From Felis catus (taxonomy: Eukaryota), in NCBI RefSeq assembly GCF_018350175.1, contig NC_058368.1, positions 231,448,001-231,512,000 on the forward strand: 64,000 nucleotides of DNA, written 5' to 3'. The stretch's first letter is position 1; each line of letters begins with the position of its first letter. The position numbers and the translations under genes are program-made. The notes below the pieces were generated by a model. It had not been told where the DNA came from, made no database searches, and saw only the letters and a list, made by a program, of their open reading frames with translations. Below are positions 13,076 to 25,214 of this stretch, one piece after another.

Positions 13076-13304
13076 GTTTTTTTTAAATGTTTATTTCTTT
13101 ATTTTTGAGAGAGAGAGAGAGAGAGAGAGCAAGAGAGCACAGGTGGGGGCAGGGTGGAGAGAGAGAGAGCCACAGAACCCGAAGCAGGCTCCAGGCTCCG
13201 AGCTGTCAGCACAGAGCCCGAGGCGGGGCTTGAACCCACGAACTGTGAGATCATGACCTGAGCCGAAGTCAGGCACTCAAGCCACTGAGCCACCCAGGTG
13301 CCCC
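13076..13304 (-). mobile_element. Can-SINE
   Basis: Full body ending cacccaggtgcccc; degenerate TSD tataagttgcgattt / taaaagttctgattt. Confidence 0.95.
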
Positions 13305-14558
13305 TAAAAGTTCTGATTTCTTGGTATGAGTGTTTGGGTCTTTAACATGACTTTTTTTCCCCCTCCCTGAAAGGGTTGACTTACATCTATTTAGACTTTC
13401 AGATTAATTTTCAATTTATTCAAATAAAAAAATGGAAAATTCTTGTTTTCTTTAAGCTTCTAAGTCCTGCTTGTAAATCTGATTGTTCTTTTTATAAATC
13501 CATTGAATTTTAACAATCCTATTCAAGGGTGCTTTTATTAGTGTTCCAGTTGAACAGACAAAACTGCCTTAAATAATCAGCCCCCTTTACAACTTGGTTA
13601 ATTAAATTCCTTTAAACATTTTTACTGCATTTATAAATATAATACATTTGATTTCTCCTATGTAGTTGATGTGATAAATTAAACTTATGGATATAGTAAA
13701 TCTCAAGTTCTCTTAAGCATCCCAGTGCTATTTACAAACCTAGCCAAATTCTTTCAGCCTAAAATCTCACGTCTGAAGTAAATTGCACATTTTAATGGAA
13801 GCACAAAGAGAATTTGCTCGTTCCGATAGACCAAATTATCCAAAAACACTTCACATACGAGATATACGTAGGTTGTTCCCCGTTGTAACATATGAGCGTT
13901 GCTATTCTAGCCTACGGAGAACTGGTTCTTGCAGGTGGGGTAATCATGGTTCAGCCAGGTTACAGGAAGGGCGGTCTTAAGCCGAACCTTCCTTACTGGT
14001 ATTTATAAAAACAAACTCCTATTACCAAGTCTGTGAGCTTGGTGAAACCCAAGTTCTCTGTCTCGTGGGTGGTCTGATCACACTGCACAGAAGGTTCATG
14101 GAGGACGATATGACATTACCTGCAGGCCAGAGTCTTCCCAATACAGGGGCAGGACATGGGAGTCTTATGGTATCCAATGGCAGTGTTACCATTTACTGAG
14201 TTCCTGGTCTATGCTGTTCACGAAGCATGGAGGTTATTACTGACATATTTTGTCCAATCACGTAGCTTGAGAACCACTCATTTTCCCAACAAAAAATCCC
14301 TTTCTGACCCTCTCTATATTAATTAGAGCATCCTTGCATATGGATGGAGAATTGCGAGGCTGACACTCTTGCTGCAGCCATCTTGGTGTGTGTGGGTTTG
14401 CCAGTGAGAACACCAGCCAAGGGTTGGGGTTCTCCAGAAGGCCACTGAGCATGCCCACAGTGTAACTTGTCTATGTGGGAGTATTTTAAGATGGGCTATA
14501 ATATTTTAAGTTCTTCCAAGGGTTAAATGATACTCAGTGGAAAAGTAGTTTTATCATT

Positions 14559-14967
14559 TGCTCTGGACTGAATTGTGTCCCAAGCCCCTACCCAAATTCA
14601 TATGTTGAAGCCCGACCCTGATGAAATCACATTAGGACGTGGGGCCTTTGGGAGGTAATTAGGTTTAGACGAGGTCATGAAGATAGATCCCTCATAATGG
14701 GATTTGTGACCATGTAAGAAGACACGACGGAGTTTCCTCTTTCTTTCCCTCCCAACGTCTTTCTGTCTCCCTTCCCATCATGCTGACACAGTGAGAAGGC
14801 AGGGTGTTCTGCAAGCAGGAAGGAGGGCGGCTTTCACCAGAACCTGAGCATGTTGGCAACTTAGATCTTGGACTTCCACCCTCCAGAACTGTGAGAAATA
14901 AATGTCTGTTGTTTAAGCCCCCCAGTCTATGGTATTTTGTTATGGCAGCCTGAGCTCAGTAACTCAC
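14559..14967 (+). mobile_element. MLT1A-like solo LTR
   Basis: tgctctggactgaattgtgtcc...aaattcatatgttgaag...ccagaactgtgagaaataaatgtctgttgtttaagcc...ggtattttgttatggcagcc. Confidence 0.9.
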
Positions 14968-16288
14968 TGTTTCCGGGTATATTGAGATTCTCGTCCTAAG
15001 CAGAAAGACGTTGGTTCTCTTTAGGAGAATTTTCTCTGGGACTCATGCTCTGGATGCCCGGGCCCTTTGTGTTTCAGATGGACACGCGAAGCCTTTTTAT
15101 GGTCATTCGTAGGGGGACTGTGGGGACTCCTAGTTCACACCCATCAAATGGAATGTTCTTGCAGCCCATGTCCTAAGGGTTCAAATGAACTCTCACCAAT
15201 TATTGAGTTAACTGAGTTGAGCAAAGCCCTCAACCTCACTGGGATTGCACTAACTTCCCTCCCTCCTTGGCTAAACTTTATGTTTCCTTAGCCTAAGTCA
15301 TTTTCATGGTTTCCATTGTCTTTAGAAGGACGAGTGCATGAGTTTTTCCTCTCATTTGAGTCTGCAGTGAGTTCCATCCCACTGCCTGGAAGCAAACCTC
15401 TTTTAGGAATTGCTGTTTTCTTCTTTAACATTGATTAAGAAATATTGATCCATGTAGAAGGATGTATGTAGTGTACGTGTATGTTATGAAGTGTAATAAT
15501 ACAGTAAACACCCAGGATACTGAACATCTCATGGAGTCCAGGGAAGATGGAGCCACTAGGCCTCAGGAGGAAAGGACATCGTGCAGTTCTAGGGATCTTA
15601 GAAGCAAGAGCTTCTGGACCACCTCTCCAGGGTGTGGCTGTCAACCTGATGACTCAACGCCAGATGCCTTCTGTCCGTCATGTATCCCTCAAAGTGGAGC
15701 TCCCAAGAGGGAGTCTGTGTGACCTAGCTTGCTTACCCACTCAGCTCTGTGGTCAGGATGTGGCAGGTCCTATGTTTGGGGGCCCAGAGGGAGATGTACA
15801 GTTTCTCCAAGGAAGGAAGGGAAGTAGGCAAAACAAAAACCCATCATCCCTCATGCTCTCCAAGCTAGGAGTTGCTGGTGGGACTTAGCTGGGGCTCCCT
15901 GCCTGTGTTCCCACTTGTTCCCAAGTGGTTTTTCTCTGCATTTGGCAGTGGTGGGCCCAGAGTATTCTAGTCTGTGGCTGGTCTCATGTTACTATATTGC
16001 TTGGAAAATCCTTGAGTATCATTTGAATGTCATTTTCAACCTTTCCAATTTTCCAGCATTGATACAGATTTTCTTTGGTCAGCTGGTGCTAATTTTGAGA
16101 AGGAGTTAAATTCAGTGTTTGAGTCATATTTTGAGTTAGTTGTAGGGGCTATTTCTGGAGCAGGTTGGCAGGGTTTGTGGGTGGGATGGGAGGAGGAGGG
16201 CAAGAAAGAAGTTGAATGTAGCAACTTTCACTGAGTAAAGGAATACAGGAGCAGGGATGAATTTGGGGGGAAAGAGGCAATATATAGA

Positions 16289-16501
16289 TTTTTAATTTTT
16301 TTAATGTTTATTTATTTTTGAGAGAGGGAGAGCGTGCGAGTGGGGGAGGGGCAGAGAGAGAGGGAGACACAGAATCCGAAGCAGGCTCCAGGCTCTGAGC
16401 TGTCAGCATAGAGCCTGACACAAGGGTCAAACCCACAAACTGTGGGATCATGACCTGAGCCAAAGTCAGATGCTCAACTGACTGAGCCACCCAGGTGCCC
16501 C
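16289..16501 (-). mobile_element. Can-SINE
   Basis: aatgtttatttatttttgagaga...gactgagccacccaggtgcccc. Confidence 0.95.
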
Positions 16502-16684
16502 TCGAGTCTTAATCCTTAGGAGTTTGGAGGTGTCTAGTAGGTCTTTGCAAATGTGGGCTGGATTACTCAACTTCTCTTCCACTTGGGCCACAGTTTTCTG
16601 CTCATTCCCCCTCTCCTGAAGGTCTGGCCATCACCACCTGCTTCGTCTTTGTCCACAGTATTTTGTGTCCACCTTGCCACAAAT

Positions 16685-16870
16685 GAAAACAACTACCATT
16701 TTAGGAACTTATGTGTTGAACACATTGAGCATTGATATATATATTTTATTTCCATTTCAGACCAGCCTTGCAAGATAGGTCTTTTCTGTCCTTGTTTTAT
16801 AAGATAAGGGAACTGAAGCCTAAGAGGTCACCTCTGCCCCGTTTCTGTGTGGTTTTGTCATCAGCCATGG
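16685..16870 (-). mobile_element. Degraded MIR
   Basis: Antisense MIR core ttttataagataagggaactgaagcctaagagg. Confidence 0.55.
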
Positions 16871-16892
16871 TGGGACTGGTGGAGGTTAGCTG

Positions 16893-17148
16893 GAGAGGCA
16901 GGATGGTTCAGGGCTGAGAGCAGGCTCACTGCCTGATTTGAATGTTGGCTACATCATTCACTGGTTGTGTAACCTAGTTAGTCTCTTCACCACTCTGGGC
17001 CTCAGTTTCCCCATCTGTAAAGTGAGGGTAATCACAGAACATACCTAATTGATTCATAATGATAACTAAGGGAATTAATATACGTAAAGCACTTAAAACA
17101 GTGCGTGGTACGGCGTGAGCACGATGTAAATGCTCGTCATTGTTGTTA
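16893..17148 (+). mobile_element. MIR
   Basis: ctctgggcctcagtttccccatctgtaaagtgagggtaat...atatacgtaaagcacttaaaacagtgcgtggtac. Confidence 0.88.
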
Positions 17149-17691
17149 TCTGTGTGTGTGTGTAGTATACAGAAGAGAACTTTCCTGGGCGTCGGGACAG
17201 TTAATTTGCTGTGGGATTTTGAGGCGGGTTCATTTTGCCGTCGGGGATTCCATTGACTTGACTGTGGAATTAGGAGGCAGATCAAATGTTCTGTAAGGGC
17301 CTCTTAACACTTGGTCGAAATGCATGAGGGGACAAGGAATGTTTTTGTGTGCTCTGTGAAGTTCGTGCCACTCCCCCAAGAGTAAGATGCCAGGAAAGAA
17401 TCGATAAAGGGTGACTGTCAGGATGGGTCCTCCTGGAGAGAGCTTCTGCCCACAATGTCTCTTGCTTGTGGAGGTCAAACAGGACCAGCCTTATATACAC
17501 AAGCATGAGAGGCCGTAGGGCAGAGCAGTGGGGCTTTGGGAGCAACGGAGCCAAGCACGGGGTGATCAAGGATGTGGCAGCAGCAGTGAAAATTCAAGGA
17601 CTCACACCTTCAAGGCAAGAATTCTTACTTTTCTTTATGACCTAGAGCCTCTGATGAGTCCCAGGGACCCTTTCTCCAAAGTGTGTTTTAA

Positions 17692-17918
17692 TTGGTTAGT
17701 CAATTAATTAATTAATTATAGAGAGACGGGGAGAGAGCGCGCGTGTGCGTGCACAAGTGGGTGAGAGGGGCAGAGGGTGAGAAAGAGAGAGAGAGAATCC
17801 TGTGCAGGCTCCACACTCAGCGTGGAGCCTGATTCGGGGCTCATCACAGGACCTGGAATCATGACTTGAGCTGAAGTCAAGAGTCAGATGCCTAACCAAC
17901 TGAGCCACCCAGATGCCC
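17692..17918 (-). mobile_element. Can-SINE
   Basis: gagagaatcctgtgcaggctccacactcagcgtggagcc...ctgagccacccagatgcccc, with a (taat)n-like tail. Confidence 0.92.
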
Positions 17919-17936
17919 CTCCTAATAATGTTTTTA

Positions 17937-19067
17937 TGTATGCATGTATGTATGTATGTATGTATTTTGAATATTTCTCCCCTACATATAATTTATTGTC
18001 AGGTTAGCTAACATACAGGATATACGGTGTGCCCAGGGTTTTAGGAGTAGAGTCCCATGATTCACCATTTACATACAACACCCAGTGCTCATCCACCCAG
18101 CAAGTGCCCTCCTCAATGCCCATCACCCATTTCCCCCTCTTCCCCACCCCTTCCATCAACCCTCAGTTTTGTTCTCTGTATAAGAGTCTCTTACAGTTTG
18201 CCTCCCTCTCTGTTTGAAACTATTTTCCCCCCTTCCCTTCCCCCATGGTCTTCTGTTATGTTTCTCAAATTCCACATATGAGTGAAAACATATGATGTCT
18301 GCCTTTCCCTGACGTTTTATTTCAGTTAGCATAATACCCTCCAGTTCCAGTATCCTCCAGTTGTTGCAAATGGCAAGATTTCATTCTTTCTTATTACCAA
18401 ATATTATTCCGTTGTATATATAAACCACATCTTCTTTATCCATTAATCAATTGATGGGCATTTGGGCTCTTGACATGATTTGGCTATTGTTGAAAGCGCT
18501 GTTATAAACATCGGGGTACGTGTGCCCCTATGCATCAGCACTCCTGTATCCTTTGGATAGACTCCTAGTAGTGCTATTGTTGGGTTGTAGAATAGTTCTA
18601 TTTTTAATTGTTTGAGGGACCTCCACACTGTTTTCCAGAGCGGCTGCACCAGTTTGCATTCCCACCAACAGTGCAAGAGGGTTCCCGTTTCTCCGCATCC
18701 TCTCCAGCATCTGTTGTTTCCTGAGTTGTTCATTTTAGCCATTCTGACCGGCGTGAGGTGGTATCTCAGTGTGGTTTTGATTTGTGTTTCCCTGACGAGG
18801 AGTGACGTTGAACATCTTTCCACGTGTCTGTTGACCATCTGGATGTCTTCTTTGGAAAAGTGTCAATTCATGTCTTCTGCCCATTTCTTCATTGGATTAT
18901 TTGTTTTTTGGGTGTTGAGTTTGGTAAGTTCTTTATAGATTTTGGATACTAACCCCTTATCTGATATGTCATTTGCAAATATCTTCTGCCATTTCATCGG
19001 TTGTTTTTTTGGTTTTGTTGATTGTTTCCTTTGCTGTACAGAAGCTTTTTATCTCGATGAGGTCCCA
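17937..19067 (-). mobile_element. Carnivore L1 3' portion (ORF2 C-terminus, 3'UTR and (TACA)n tail)
   Basis: ORF 18443-18838(-) reads [15 protein letters not shown]...[30 protein letters not shown], the L1 ORF2 cysteine-rich C-terminal region. Confidence 0.97.
18443..18838 (-). pseudogene. Remnant L1 ORF2p C-terminal coding segment (non-functional)
   Basis: [13 protein letters not shown] motif; no endonuclease or RT domain, and the segment ends in a premature stop. Confidence 0.9.
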
Positions 19068-19186
19068 GTGAAAGACCTAAATGTGAGACAGAAAACCATC
19101 AAAACCGTAGAGGAAAAAACAGGCAACAGCCTCTTTTACTTCAGCCACAGCAACTTCTTACTCAACACGTCTCAGAAGGCAAAGGA
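19068..19186 (+). mobile_element. Inverted 5' segment of the same L1
   Basis: Plus-strand translation VKDLNVRQKTIKTVEEKTGNSLFYFSHSNFLLNTSQKAKE is the L1 ORF2 region immediately upstream of WDLI, where the minus segment stops. Confidence 0.92.
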
Positions 19187-21270
19187 AATTATGTTTTTAA
19201 GTGCACAAAATAAAATAACAAAGGATTACAACGGCAACCAATTTTGTTAAAATATAATTAGCAAATATATGTATCAAATCGGTGATTTAGTGATATGTAG
19301 GCTTCTTTGTAACTACACTAAAAGCAAGCTCAAGCTCTCATGGCAGGTCTGACAGCTACCTGCATTTTGAAATAGTGACAACAGTAAATATTTTGAAATA
19401 TCCGTGCAGCATTAATGTGATATGAAAACACCTGTGATTTCTCTTGGTGATAATGTCTCCAAGACAACTGTGGTTTGTTGCCTGCATTCACATTTGAAGG
19501 AAATGCTAAATTCCAGTTAGAGATTAGTGAAAAGAAAGCTGTAACATTTCCCCCCATTCAAGTTTGTGGATCCTCCGAGTTCATGCCATCCAGATAATGT
19601 CTATGATTCTGTGACCCACAGGCAGACGCGGAATGATACGTAAGTCGTGAGGCATGCCGGAGGCCAGGGAAGAACAATTTCTAAACAAGAGCCTGCAGAA
19701 TTCCTGTTTGTCAGGGGGGAAGATCTCCCAGAGAGTGTGGAAATTAGAAAATCCCCTCTCCAAAAGGCAACACGTTCATTGTAGAGGCAACTTCGGTGGC
19801 ACAAGGGGTCGGGAAGCAGCACGACTTTGCATGCCTGTGCCCACAAGCCAGGTGGGGCTGGGCCTCGCTCATTTCTGACCTGGGTTTCTTGCAGAGATCG
19901 TGCATACGGACAGGGTGTGATTTCCTGTCAAAGTGCAATAGGGTTAAATACATAAAAATGCCAGCTTCTCACCCACAGTGCGACGGACCAGTGGGATGAT
20001 TTAATGCAGCTCTCAATGGCACTGTTAAGATTTATGTGGATAATCATCCCCATGGAGGGGATGATAAGTTATCACACTTATTATTTGCATAGAGAAAGGT
20101 CCTTCTTGAATTCTCTGCGTTCTTACAGCTCAACCCTACGCTTGAGAAGAAGGTGAACAGGTTTTAGATTTCATTAGACAGTACTAGAAAGGTAAATTTC
20201 GGGGGTGTAACACATCAATAGTAGACTATGCATTGACACTAAAAGAAAGAAAGGAGGACATTTGTTTCCTGGTGCAGGCAAATCTGGTGTAGACACAGTG
20301 ATCTCTGAAGCTTTCATGTAAGCCACGAACTCGTTCTAGAATGTTTGCACAGGGACCGTCATTTCCGGGTAATTTTATGGCTATCAGCGCACAGGATCTG
20401 TGAAAGCCAGCTGGTGAGACCAGACTGGCGGACTGTGAAGTTAAGGCAGAGACCTGTGAGTCTCTCTCCACATGCGTTCTGCCTTTTTCTGATCATGTGG
20501 GAGTTCTTGCTAAAATTTCTTGGTATTCAAAAAGGATCTTTGAAGAAGTTAGAAACCGTTGCTCTAGAGGATAGGCAATTACTTCCATGGAAATGCAATT
20601 TCAAATTTATTCTCAGCAAATTTCAAGAGACATCAGCATGTTCAGCTACTTATATAATACATTTCAGAGGTATGGCTTTTATGAAACAGCATACTTCGTT
20701 TCACATACAAAACTTTATTTCCTTATCTTTTTCATTTCTTTACTAATAAGTCCTTATTTTAAAAACACTAGAATCTCAGTTTTTAAGTTCTATTTCAACA
20801 TTATGTTAAAACTTATGTTTGTGAATAAGCTTGAGTTTGACTGGTCATAAAAGTTGCAGGTTGCAGTAGTTTCTAAGGGAACCACTGCATTTAAATTTGA
20901 GCTCAAATTAAATGAAACAAGGGAAGAGAGTTAACGGAGGCTCTTTGCTCATCTTTGGAAAATATGAGACGATGGGTAAATTTATCAAAGAAAAGTAGTC
21001 TATATCATGTTTTTGTGAGGTGATTCATTTACATGGCAATACATTTTTTTTCTTGTTTGAACTGATGGAATTTGGGGGTCGGATGGAATTCTGGAACTTT
21101 TCTAAAGGACAAATGAGAGATATACTTTTAATTAGATGATTTTTTTTTTCTACCACGGGAGTAGCTTACTTGTAACTGTAGTGGAGAAGTGGAGGAAAGC
21201 AGTAGGTGTCCAGAAGGTGGAGAGCCAGTTGCCACACTGATTGCTTTACAGACACGGAGAGTCTCCAAGT

Positions 21271-21305
21271 TTGTTTTTTTTTTTTTTTAGTGTTTATGTA
21301 TTTAT

Positions 21306-21354
<49 letters not shown>

Positions 21355-21509
21355 AAGCAGGGGAGGGGCAGAGAGAGGGAAACAGAGAATCCCAAGCAGG
21401 CTCTGCACTGTCAGCTCAGAGCCCAACGTGGGTCTCGAACTCACGAACTGTGAGATCATGACCTGAGCTGAAATCAAGAGCTGGACCAACTGAACCACCC
21501 AGCCACCCC
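21271..21509 (-). mobile_element. Can-SINE with long (GA)n
   Basis: Poly-T, long GA tract, gagaatcccaagcaggctctgcactgtcag...gagatcatgacctgagctgaaatcaagag. Confidence 0.95.
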
Positions 21510-23517
21510 AAGTCAAGTTCTGAAACCCAGCAACTGCCCTGGGAGGGCTCAAGAATTCAGAATGTTCAAAAGGAATTCAGTCTCCAGTGTTAGAGGCTGG
21601 GCTGATACACAGTGTTGGATCTGCCAAGGATAAAGGATAAAGTTAATGGTTAATCTTCCAGGAAATTCCTAGAATTATGGAAGCTGAGAACCATACTAGA
21701 GAAACACACTTGCAGCCCAAATTCTTCCTGCTCTACACACTTCTGCCATTCTACTGATAAGGTAGGGATGTCTAAGAATTCTACTACAAGAGAGGATTGC
21801 AACTCGGTGATGGTCATTGGAGGAGGCTATGGTGTCTGATGTTTAGGACAACCTGTTAAAGCTCAGGTCTCCTGCTGGAGAGATGTGTTGACAATGTAGG
21901 AGTGCTCAGTAGGTAAGCTTCTGTAGGAAAAAAAAAAAGGACTCTCAGAATTGGGTTTCTCGAAGAATCATTCAGGAGGTTAGCCACCGTGCCCACCTCC
22001 GTAGCTTCTAAACAGAACAAGCAGATTTAGCAGGCTTGTGCTTGGCGGCCGCGTGGCTAAGGTTGGCTGTGGAGGCCGGCTCGAGGGGATCTATTGACTC
22101 AGGTTTGTTCTAATGATGTGCAAAGGTCAACAGATTGGGAGAATGTCATGACAACACCTTATGAAGCTGACATAATACTTTTAAGAACAAGCCAGGAAAA
22201 AAGTCTCAGCTCTTCCCAAGGAGCATTTCCATCTCACAGGACTAGCCCCCTCTCTCCTGTTATCCGAACAACCCCGTGTCCTCAAAAGCTGTCTGGAGCA
22301 AGGCCCAGTGCCCGGGATCCCGTGTGCAGACTTGAGTCTCTTGTGATTTAAAGTGTGGAGGATGAAGGAACCACCGTCAGGCCATTTGCTTATTGTCTGT
22401 CTGTTCTTGCAACTACCACGGCAGGAGGACTCATTAGATGTGCTCTTAGTAGTGGCATTTTCCAAGGAGGTACAGCCAGGTTAATTAAAAGCAAATCTTG
22501 TGAAAGGTAATTGTTTCTTTGATTGTAATCACTGATTTTGTGGGGAGAGTGCAATGAGGGAAGAGGCCTTAATTTAGGTAGCAGCTTGACTTTAAGACAC
22601 CTGGTTATGCTCCTGAAAAACAATGGATTTGGAAGGACAAACGAAATGAAGTCCCCCAAAGAGTGAGTTCATCCTTGAAGAACGACAAACAGTGAATGTC
22701 TCGGGGGGGGGGTGTTGCAATATGGGGAGCTGGAGCAAATACTCCAGGGAACCTGATCATCTGAACGTTCGCTGTGGGCTGTAGGCTCTTCGGGGGGAAA
22801 CGTGGATCCCTCTTGACTTTTGCATTTTTTACAGTATTCACAGATACTTGGCACTCAAAATACTTGTTGAGGGAATAAGTAAAGGGAGGAGGAGGCTAGT
22901 TTGGTTTAGTTAAGGTCAAGGATGTAAGCACTTGCTACGGTTGTATGCAACATTGAGACATAGGCAGTGTTTGGTTTCCATCTCCTTTATGAAGCTGTCT
23001 ATACTACTCCAGGGAAAGGAGTGAGTGGCCCTCACTGATTCCATTGAACGTGTCCTGACGGGCCCGCTCTCCTGACTTACCCCCTCGGCTTACTTTCCTA
23101 CTCTTGCTGACTCACAAATTCAGAGACAGTGAATGTGGGTAGGTACAGAGTGAGGTAAAATAATGATCCAGCTCACCAAACGGTGTTTCCCATCTCTGGG
23201 GAATGCCTGCTCCAAGAAGGTTGTTCTTTCTGCTGCTCAGCTTCTCTCCATGAGTTAGGGGCCCCCTCCCAGCCTTCTAAGACATCTGGACTCCTTGGCG
23301 TCTAGATCTAAAAAGCAAAGCATGGCGGAGATGAACTATCTCCTCTTTTGCCAACTCAAGGCTCATTTGTTGGGGGACTCCCGTTTTTCCCCTAAGAGGA
23401 TTCACACATTCTCTTAAGTAACCCACACTGAAAAAGATCTCTCTTAAAGGGGAATTTGACTACCCACGGTAGGGTATCAGAAGAATATCATCATTTATAC
23501 AAGGGAAACACATGTGA

Positions 23518-23748
23518 TGCGCATTCTCTACAGTGATACTTACCCCCCAGGAGGCAAAAATTGATTCTTAAGGTGGGGAGTGAAAAAAATCGTAGATATT
23601 ACAATGGTTTGTGGACCTTTTACAGGGTCAAGGTGCATAACCAGAGATACAGGCACTAAAATGTCTTGGGGAAGGGCGATTAGGAAAAAGCTAAAAAGGC
23701 TCCTTGTGGGGGGAGAGGTGATGATGAAAAGCAGGTTGAGGAACACTG
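23518..23748 (-). mobile_element. hAT-Charlie-type MITE (subfamily uncertain)
   Basis: Ends gcattctc... and ...ggttgaggaacactg; internal tagatattacaatggtttgtgg, gggcgattaggaaaaa, aaaaaggctcctt. Confidence 0.6.
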
Positions 23749-24842
23749 ATCTACAGTAAGCGAGGTCATTTTATGCACCGTGTTTTGAGGTCCAGCTCAC
23801 ATCCATACTTTTCTAGGAAGCTTTGCTTTCCTCTGTAGTGTTCAGTGACACCTTCTGAATTTCTCTGAAGCCCCCTGAAGGAGATGAGAGGAGCCCATTC
23901 AAGTGAGGGCCGGTGGGGTGGGCTGTGGGTTCCAGAGTGGCTCAGCTGCCGTAGGATGCCCATGGGCGCTCCCTAGGTGTGCTCCCCAGGTGCCGTAGGA
24001 CAAGTGCAGAGGCAGGAGTTACTGGGGCCTCGAGACAATATCAACCCAGCTGGCAGGATGTGAAACACCTTCGGGTGTTTTCATTTCTTTTATGTTGGTG
24101 TGTTGGTCGACTTCAGCGTAGAGCCCTGGGACATTCATTCATTTGATTAGGAAGAAAAAACAAAAACAAAGTCTGATGCCTAATCTCCTTATGAAAACAT
24201 ATTCTCCCCGGGTATCTTGCCTAAGGGGCTGGTGGTTAGGTTTCTACCATGGCCTGATTTCCAGAGCACCAGCAATTTGGTAAAGTTAGTTACTCACTTC
24301 TCTGACCCCCGGAACTAGGAATCTGACCCCAGGTACTAGGATTCGGTGCTAACCACGGATTTAAAAAAAGGGTCTGCTACACAGAACCAAAGAACTCACA
24401 GCTTCTTTACCCTTATCGGATCCATGTATCTGAGAAAATGACCCACCACGGACAAAACTTCCTGGCCAAGGAGAAGGAATGCCGTCTGCAGTGAGAGGAA
24501 GCCTCGCACAGGCTCCGGCCTCGAGTGAGCGCAGGGGCATGTCAGCTGGATTCCCTGCTGGTGGCAGCCGTCATCATGCCTGCTGCGTCAGTCAGCCCTC
24601 AGAATTTGCAAGGAACGTGACCCTACTTGGGGATCATGAGAAAGCCAGTGGCCATCTCTCGGTACCACAGGTAGCTTTTCTCTACTGCTCCGTCCCGGAA
24701 CACTCTGCCACGGAGTTCATTGCACATACTTGATTTGAGTGGGATGCAAACACACTTGTGATAATCCCTTTTCCCTTTTAAACGGTCGGTATAGTATCTA
24801 GTTTACGTTTTAAAAACTCATTTAACAGTACAGTATTTTAAT

Positions 24843-25026
24843 AATGGGGGCATGGGTGAAGGGAAGAGGGAGATACAGGCTTCCAGTTATGGGATGAATA
24901 AGTCACGGGGGTGAAAGGTACAACAGAAGGAAGAAAGTCAATGGTGTTGGAATAGTGTCGTATGGGGGCAGGTGGCAGACGCACTTGTGGTGAGCACAGC
25001 GTGACATAACATTTAAAAAATAAAAA
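24843..25026 (+). mobile_element. Short L1 3'UTR fragment (L1_Carn/L1MA-like)
   Basis: gagatacaggcttccagttatgggatgaataagtcacgggg...cacttgtggtgagcacagcgt, followed by an A-rich tail. Confidence 0.85.
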
Positions 25027-25170
25027 TGCATTATTTAATTCCTAAAACATAAAGCATCCTTAAAAACAGAAAGTGGATTTGACTTACAAATCTCTTTGAA
25101 TACATAGGAAACCAAACTCATAAAAATCGATAGCGAGGACGAGAGGCTATAAGACTAAATTAAAGTGTGT

Positions 25171-25173
<3 letters not shown>

Positions 25174-25212
<39 letters not shown>
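25174..25212. repeat. (CA)n microsatellite
   Basis: Directly visible. Confidence 0.97.

Positions 25213-25214
<2 letters not shown>

Larger units (their letters stand above)
17616..19590 (+). mobile_element. MER119-like hAT-Charlie element, interrupted by a SINE and an L1
   Basis: ggaccctttctc [inserts] tgtttttaagtgcacaaaataaaata...aatgtgatatgaaaacacctgtgatttct...gaaggaaatgctaaattccagttagagattagtgaaaa resembles recalled MER119. Confidence 0.7.

Noticed and set aside
16685..17148. Head-to-head MIR pair as a hairpin source
   Set aside because: The left copy is too degraded for extended pairing.
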